DNA of 64,000 nt from Setoptus koraiensis (lineage: Eukaryota; Animalia; Arthropoda). A program made the position numbers and the translations under genes. Location of the stretch: positions 12,648,001-12,712,000 of the forward strand of contig CM106585.1 in NCBI GenBank assembly GCA_048013815.1. The letters run 5' to 3'. Shown here one piece after another: positions 56,795 to 64,000 of this stretch (position 1 is its first letter; every line of letters starts with the position of its first letter). The notes beneath the pieces are model-generated. The model saw only the letters and a program-made list of their open reading frames with translations, was not told the DNA's origin and did no database searches.

Positions 56795-57529
56795 CTGTCG
56801 GCCTGCTTCGTAGTTCTGCAATATTACTGCCCGACCCTCGGCGCCATTTGGCACTATGTCGTCCAAGAACCATCTCGAGGCGGACAGACCTCTTCTGATG
56901 CATTCAACTCGTTGGGCTTGATCTCTTGAGGTGCGTTCGATGTGCGATGTCGGTTGTTCAGTGAGCATGGTCTTGGAGCAATTCTGTTGGACGGCAAGCA
57001 CCACACCAGAGGATATTATGGCCCTGACAAAGGCTGCCTCTTTATTGTTTGGCACGGACACATTGGAATTGGGTGAGAGAATATCTTCAAACATAGTCCT
57101 GGGGCAATTCCAGCGATCCCATTTAAATTTGTTGCGACACTCATCGAGTGCCCGCTGCAAACCGATGCTCATGGCGCCCTCGTAATAATAATAATCAAAG
57201 TCTGTATCGATATTGACAGCGTTTGATTGCAAGGTTAGCTCAATTTTATTTGACACATCCTCTTCCGGTTGAATGCCGGCGGTGTCCATGGGTGAGTATT
57301 GTTGTGCACCTGTGGGTACTGTTGCTGTTGTAATGTGTGTGGCGTGATTTATGTGTGTTCGTTGACGTTGGCTCACATGATGATGGGACGACGGATTTGT
57401 TGACGAGAATAAACATGTTGCATAATTTGTTGAATAATAATAGAACAATATTGTTGTGATAAATAAATAATAATAAAAACGATTAGTTGATATGGGCGAT
57501 GCGGGGCACATTTGTAGTATTGGTGTCAT
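56795..57529 (-). CDS. Wnt8: Wnt8-type ligand, exon 1 of 2
   Basis: Hydrophobic leader. ECRNKFKWDRWNCP (Wnt8 ECKxQFAWERWNCP), KEAAFVRAIISSGV, QNCS and QNYEAGRQ|gtaatt (phase 0). Confidence 0.9.
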
Positions 57530-59549
57530 TGTCGCTGTGGCTATATTGATGGCGCTAGTGCATGCAATTATGGTATAATTTGGCTCGATTGTAATTTGTG
57601 TTTGGTTGCAACTTAACTCTTCGTGTTTGTATGCGCTAGTGGAGTGGTTGCAAATGATGAATTTGTTTGAAATAATGGCTTAAATCAGCTCGCTCGTTGA
57701 TCGCTGGAGTCGTAATGATTGTTGTCGTAATGGTTGCGGGCGCATCATTCAATCGCTGTCAGTTTGTGTTGATTGATTTCGAGGATTTCGTGGTGATTGT
57801 GGTCATGTATGACACATGCATTCTATGGCACGACGGCATTAAGACGGCACAACATGAGCGACGATATTTGAATGACGAAGGTGAATGTGCGAGCGAAAGT
57901 AGCGATGATTGATTGATTGACAAATACAACACGATGATGATGGTGCCTCTGCGCTCGTTCCGAGAATGACAACAAGTTGTCGCCGTTGTTAAAGCTACTT
58001 GCTGCTGACTAATAAGCGGCTATAGAGACGCTATGACTATAGCGCCGCAGCATAGATGCATAGGTAGCATAGATGCGCCGGAGATATGTTGCTGGTGGTG
58101 GCACAAACGGCGCATTTGTAGCGCGAGCGGGGGCAGGCACCAATCGGCTACCACAATCGGCCAAATACTGCAGCATTTGGCGGCTCAAAACACCGCACAG
58201 CCGAGCGGACAAGGCGCTTTATTTTGTCGGATTGAGCCTGAAGATAATGAGCTCTCTGTGGTGTTGACAGCGGACTGTCACCGGCGCGCCATATCTTCGA
58301 CAGCGATTCTGCTGATGAGATGTTGTTGCAGCAATTGGCAGCCACTACAGACGGCGGCGATAATCGCATGCTTGATAATTATGCCTTGATTAGCATATCC
58401 GAATCACGTATGACTGCGCTAACTGCGATTGTGACTAGGCGCTGTGCAAACAGCGCCAACCGTTTCACACTCGGCCGCGAGATGTTGTTGTTGTTGCTGT
58501 TGCTGCTGTTGTTGCGATATAAATCAATCAACTGCGCCGATGCGCCAACAATAAACAAAGTCAACAATCAACTTTGCAGCCGCGACAGGTATCGACGAGC
58601 TGTAGTGCGGCCCATTGAAACAAGTAGCCGCTCCCGGGTGACGCGCCGCACGCTTACGCGGGGCCGCCGGACACAATCGGTGCTCGGTGTCGGCAATCGC
58701 CTTTATTTTGTACGGGCCGCTTGAACCTGTCGCCTGGCGGTCTAAGTCGGTGCATTGCTCCCTGTTTTCGTGCCCGTGCCCACGACAACAGCAGCGATAA
58801 TCCGCGAGCGACTTTGGTTCGGACATTAGACAAAATTGACAAAATTCGCAGAATCGATTGACAAAATGGCCACAACGTGGGGCGCGCTGTGCTGCCCCGG
58901 CCCTCAGCTGACCAGACTGGCCAGGTATTGTGATATTGGTATAGGCTGGTCTGATGCGGCGATGCTGGTCGACGGACTGGTTGCGGCGAGTGGCGGCCGC
59001 TGGCCGGACACGCCGACACGTTGCGCGGTTCGTTGGGGCGAATTCTTTGAGCGAAGCCGCGCACAAGCAATTCTCGACGAATTAACTTTTACCTTTGCAT
59101 TGAAATGAATAAATAAATAAATGAATTGACCGGTTGTTTTGATTTAGCCGAACGAGAAACAAAGCTGGCCAACGGAGACAGCAGCGAGTCAGCGTTGGCA
59201 GCAAAGTTCAGCGGCGACAAGCAACGCTCGACCATCACAGGCCGCAATTACCTGGTCAACGGGTCGCCGGGTTGCTGGATTGCTGGATTGGTAGTGTAGC
59301 GGCGCACATATGACAGTCATGCTTTTGCAAATGGCTGAGTGGCCAATCTAAATCACCTATTGGCCAGTGTCGACTTTGAGATGCCGACTTTGCGCCAACG
59401 GCCAGCGGCTCGACATTTATCCGATCGTATCAACAAATGCATCCAAAAGTGTCCATTCCCGTTGCCGCCGCTGCCAAGTTACCCAACTTGAAAGGTGCCA
59501 AACGCGGCTTGACCTCCACCAGACACCTCAAGTCCATCCTGAAGTGTTC

Positions 59550-59648
59550 CAAGTATCCACAAAGTATCCACAAAGCATCCACACAGCATCCACAAAGCAT
59601 TCACAGAGCATCCACAGAGCATCCACAAAGTATCCACAAAGTATCCAT
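59550..59648. repeat. 11-bp minisatellite (AAAGYATCCAC) x9
   Basis: Nine adjacent units in the divergent intergenic region between Wnt8 and the GPCR. Confidence 0.92.
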
Positions 59649-61263
59649 GTGCCATTCTTCGACCACTCACTTGCAGCTATTCATTCGCCAAATATTCACC
59701 GGAAGTGGTATTCACGCCTCAGCGTGAATACAATGCAAGTGTCGTTGAACACACACACGGTGACATTACGAGCCAAGTTAACTCTCTACCATTTACAATT
59801 TGTAAGAATTAATTAGAATAGTCAGATTAGAATAGTTGAATTACACAACTAGCGCCCTGCAATAAGATGTCATCCGAGTGCGTTGTACCAGTGCAAAACG
59901 TATCTGGCCGCCGTCACAATCTGCAACCATGCAGTCCCATGTAACAGAGTCCATTAGTCATGGAATCAAACGGCCGCCAGTTAATCAGTCAATAATAGCA
60001 ATCGCGATTGATTGTTTGTAAGTGCCAGCATCATCACTATGAATCTTGAAGCAAGACGACACTGTTGCAACAAGACACACTAACTGTCCGTATTAATTGT
60101 TATTACATGTCACTAATCATAAAACAGGAGCAGCAGTGTCGAATCAGCAGATAAAACTCGCTGTCGTAGATAATTCAATCACACATTGTCGTGATTTTTT
60201 TTTCTGTGCCACTGCTGTAGTATAAACATCACTGCTGCTGTAGATACAACCATGGCGACGATGATGGTGATCAAATCAATCAGATCAGATATTGAGCTTA
60301 TTTAGTCGGCAACAACAGTTGATTGATGCCTACAAAGTGCGATATTATTATTAATTATTGTATATTATTTATGGTTGTTGTATCACTCGAAACACACACA
60401 CACACACACTAAATGGGTAGAGAAAACTCGTATTGAACTCGGCGTGCGGTAGTTGTGGCCCGATGAGATGCTCATCGCACATATACAACAAGTGTGACAT
60501 CAAGCAATGGTCTTACTATTATTTTTATACTTACTCATTACAATAGGGTCGATGTCATAGATTTGCATAGATAGATCTGTATTTTCCAATCGCTCTCCTC
60601 TGGCACCACAGCCATTACTACCACAACATTGCCAACGATTTTCCGAACCAGCTTTTGATATCAGCTTGCTGCACTAGAAGAAGATAAGACGTTTCAAATA
60701 TACCCTATCATCACTAATAAAACATGACAAGCAATATTTACACTCTCACTCTAACTGAGCTTCTTTAGAAATAAAAGATTTAGAGAATAAAAAAATAATA
60801 TAAACACATCATTACAAACGTTGCCACTTCAAGCACCATGCTTTTCATCGGGTCACCAATCGCACTATAGATTGTTCACTCATGACAAGCTCATTATCAT
60901 CGGCTTTGATTATTAATTATTATTTAATTTAATATTATGCAACACTGCGATAGAGATTCCTAATGTTAGCACCATGAGTAACGATAATAATAATCATTAG
61001 TGTATTAGTGAATATTGTGAGATATTACCAAAATGACCACTACCGTACTATACCATATATAGTAGATGAATTATTATTAATTAATATTATCATTTGCGCG
61101 CGCATATAAACGCAATGCCACGTGAATAAATCACCAACACACCTTGAATATTATTAGTATTTTATTATTATTTATTATTTGCTGTTTAGCCATTTACCTT
61201 GGGCTACCCAAACATTTGTATCATCATTTTATTATTATAGCAAATTATTTTATTATTATTATA

Positions 61264-61657
61264 ATGTCCAATATATCAATGTCGGAAAACAGCGTCACAA
61301 CAACGACTAGCATGCCGCTTCTGTCGTTGTCGGAAACAATAAAAATTGATCCACAGAATATGGATTTTTCCACATTTCGAGAGATTTGGATTAGGAAACC
61401 GTGGCCAGATATAATCTTAAGAAGCCTATTTGTGGTGCCCATACTATTAGTGGGACTTATCGGAAATTCAGCCATCATATATTCTGTTTGCAAATTCAAA
61501 GCCATCAGATCAAAACCAACAAATTTGTTTATATTGAACATGGCCATAGCTGATTTAGCGGCAACCATTGTTTGCGCTGACGCAGCTTTGATATCGGATA
61601 TTTACCAGAACTATGTTCTTGGAGCATTCATGTGCCGATTCGAGGGATTCATTAAGA
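61264..61657 (+). CDS. Class A (rhodopsin-like) peptide-type orphan GPCR, exon 1 (N-term, TM1-TM2, start of TM3)
   Basis: GLIGNSAII (TM1 GN), TNLFILNMAIADL (TM2), LGAFMCR (C3.25). Donor AAG A|gtatgt. First ATG is 61264; the upstream TTG-started frame is ATT-repeat-derived. Confidence 0.9.
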
Positions 61658-62420
61658 GTATGTATTAAGAGTAGAGATAATCATTAGTTGTCACTTTTCT
61701 TTGCCCCTATCTGTCTATTGTAATCAGACATCAATTGTTGTAATGGTGCCAGCATATTATTTGAATCTATATATGCAGCGCAAACACTGACACGTTTATC
61801 AATTCAGACATACACATACCTTTTTATTCTCTCATCACGAGAGAGAATATATCAATTATGTGACAAACAGTAAACAGAATAATCAGCAAAAATATGACAG
61901 TGACAGGCATTCAGTTCAGGCCAGCTCAACAGGTAGAAACGGTGGTCAGTATGCATCACAGGCAAACTGACCACCATTGACCAACAAGAATAGAGAGAGA
62001 GGGATTAGTGTATAATGGGTGATAAATAATAGCAGTTGGAGCAGGAGTGAAAATATTGCCATCAGACGTATACATATATCGACAACACGTGGATACCGTG
62101 CGCGAGCGAGACCACCCCGCAAGAAACTCAATTAATTATACATTCACATACCCTAGGTTACCATGTCAGTGGCTCTCTCTCTCCATCTCTCTCCTGTCAA
62201 ATCCACCAGCCCTGACCAGTGTCCGTCAGTCTCATTTCGATAGGCCTACAGTATCTTTTCAGCTAGATTGACGATGAGATTTCGTTGAGAGAACTAATGG
62301 GAGATTTTGTCACCAGTCATCACCATCAGCGATACTGACTATTTATTTATCTTATTTGTTTATTTTCAATGTTTCATCTGAAAAACACACCAAAAAAACA
62401 AATCATGCTTGGCTCGGCAG

Positions 62421-62642
62421 TCACTTGTTTGCTTGTCAGCATACATTCGTTAGTTGTACTATCCTATGACAGGCTCATTTCGATTGTGAAACCTTTCTGG
62501 CCAAGATTCACTGTTTATAAATCTCTAGTTGCTATTATTATAATTTGGATTGTCTCTATGATAATGGGATCACCTCTAGCATACTGGCGCAGATTGCGTC
62601 AGCGACAATGGAGAGACTATTTGGAGGTCTGGTGTTACGAGG
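62421..62642 (+). CDS. GPCR exon 2 (TM3-TM4, ECL2)
   Basis: ggcag|TC gives ITCLLVSIHSLVVLSYDRLISIV, TM4 IIIWIVSMIMGSP and ECL2 RQWRDYLEVWCYE. Donor G|gtgagt. Confidence 0.9.
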
Positions 62643-63129
62643 GTGAGTAGAGCTTAAACACACATGACACCAGTCACAAACTGTGTCACTAGCTTCCGGT
62701 ATGACTCATCATGACACAATTCTTTCATCAGACGGAACAACCGTCTGATCGTCAGGGCCTCCTTTCGCCCAAAAGAAGCCGCTCATGAACCGTTAGATCC
62801 GAGAGTTTAAATCGCAATCATAGATTAGAGTGCCAAATTCAAGAATATATCCGAGAGTCTATGACCGATTGAGCTTTAATCTCTCTCTCTCACATCCGAG
62901 ATGTTGACCTCAACCTTAACCTCTGACCAAATCTTTAATCTTCAGCTTATATTCAACCCGACGCTGAACTTTGACTTCTTCAATCGAAAATTGAACCCGA
63001 TCATGAGGTTGCTGCTAGCATGATAGCTCCAATCACAGCAGCAACCTTAGGATCGTTTCATCTCTATTATTTGACCTCTAATTAATCACATCTTTTGTAT
63101 AACATAACTCATTGTCTTGTATGATGAAG

Positions 63130-63416
63130 ATGTTCAATTCACAAAGTATTATTGGCTTGTGATTACAGGTTTCCTGATATATCTGCCTATGGCCACAATG
63201 ACGATAGTATTTATTGTCATATTGGCCCAAATGGATCGATTTGAGGCCAATCTTAGAAGATCGTCTACTTGCGCTTTGCAAGGCAATAGTTCAATGAAAA
63301 TAACTTATAGACGCAAGATCATTAAAATCCTGTTCATTTATTTGTTGACCTCAATAATTTGCTGGACCCCATTCCAAGTTACTGTGTTCTACAGGCATTT
63401 CAGAAAGGATGAAATA
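63130..63416 (+). CDS. GPCR exon 3 (TM5-TM6)
   Basis: gaag|AT gives DVQFTKYYWLVITGFLIYLP and RRKIIKILFIYLLTSIICWTPFQ. Donor ATA|gtaagt (phase 0). Confidence 0.88.
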
Positions 63417-63541
63417 GTAAGTTGAGTGCCGTGAGGAATAACCGAGATTAAATAGACACTGACGCGGCCTCATCACGAATTGCCTTGATACAAAAAACTT
63501 TTCTTTCTTTGAACTTTTCTACATTTATCATCTCAATGTAG

Positions 63542-64000
63542 CTGTCGCCTTGGTTCTTCGAGACATGCTTTTTCTCACAATTGTTTGCCTCCCTCAGTAG
63601 TGCAATGAACCCGATTATATTTGGCTTTCTCAGCGAACCATTCAGAAAGATTCTATCTAGATCAGTAATGTTTAAAATGTTCAATAAAATACGACCAAAT
63701 GAAACAAAGAATATCAATAACAACAACAACAATAATAATAATAATGATAATAACAATACTCATCCAAGGATAACAACCAACAACCGATTAGGGGCACGCG
63801 GCATCCATCAAGGAGTTGATGGCAGGGGTGATGGTAAAAAACAGAATATAAAATCATTACGACGACATACTCAGGGTAACATTAATGTTGGAAAATGTGT
63901 AGATAGAATTTCAAACGTTTCAGCCAAGATGCCAGGCAGCAAGAGCAAATTGGCCAGTCTCAACACCTTAGGATTGGTGATGCACAACAATGATAAATTA
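63542..64000 (+). CDS. GPCR exon 4 (TM7, helix 8, Asn-rich tail; 3' end outside the window)
   Basis: aatgtag|CTG gives LSPWFFETCFFSQLFASLSSAMNPIIFGFLSEPFRK. The frame stays open to base 64000, so it is absent from the ORF track. Confidence 0.9.
   Translation, partial: MSPWFFETCFFSQLFASLSSAMNPIIFGFLSEPFRKILSRSVMFKMFNKIRPNETKNINNNNNNNNNNDNNNTHPRITTNNRLGARGIHQGVDGRGDGKKQNIKSLRRHTQGNINVGKCVDRISNVSAKMPGSKSKLASLNTLGLVMHNNDKL

Noticed and set aside
61144-61263. Hydrophobic upstream extension of the GPCR
   Set aside because: Starts at TTG and is made of ATT/TTA repeats; ATG 61264 gives a normal N-glycosylated N-terminus.
63448-63756. 102-aa minus-strand ORF
   Set aside because: Antisense to GPCR exon 4 and its upstream intron.
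1-64000. Transposase, reverse transcriptase, viral or horizontally transferred genes; rRNA/tRNA
   Set aside because: No DDE, RT, integrase, capsid or bacterial-type ORFs and no structural RNA signatures recognised; a covariance-model (Infernal/Rfam) and RepeatMasker run would be decisive.

Overview
Eukaryotic (arthropod, most likely mite) genomic DNA with GT-AG introns and the standard code. It is not a prokaryotic or phage locus. An eriophyoid-like mite is my inference from the intron-poor genes and the N/Q/H homopolymer insertions. Seven protein-coding genes could be reconstructed: (1) an orphan secreted Gly/Ser/Gln-rich protein (minus, 3 exons, 250-2450); (2) echinoid (Ig2-Ig7, FN3, TM, C-terminal EIIV; exons 30315-30635, 39146-42562, 42723-43198; 5' exons uncertain); (3) an intronless alphaPS1/mew-type integrin alpha; (4) an intronless Pellino; (5) a two-exon globin; (6) a two-exon Wnt8; (7) a four-exon class A peptide-type GPCR that runs off the window end. 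Bases ~2.5-47 kb are GC-rich and mostly non-coding, full of microsatellites, short tandem duplications and recurrent transcription-factor-like motifs (TTRCGYAA, TGACAG/CAGCTG, CAGGTR). Bases ~50-64 kb are AT-rich and gene-dense. I found no tRNA, rRNA, CRISPR array or intact transposon, and no evidence for a novel multi-gene system. The most striking signals are structural deviations in conserved signalling proteins: an integrin alpha lacking the whole calf-2 domain, a Wnt8 whose normally near-invariant CxC...WxWGGC hairpin is replaced, an echinoid Ig domain that lost both disulfide cysteines, and a GPCR with both activation-switch tyrosines changed to Phe. Reference-protein comparisons are from memory and need confirming by alignment.
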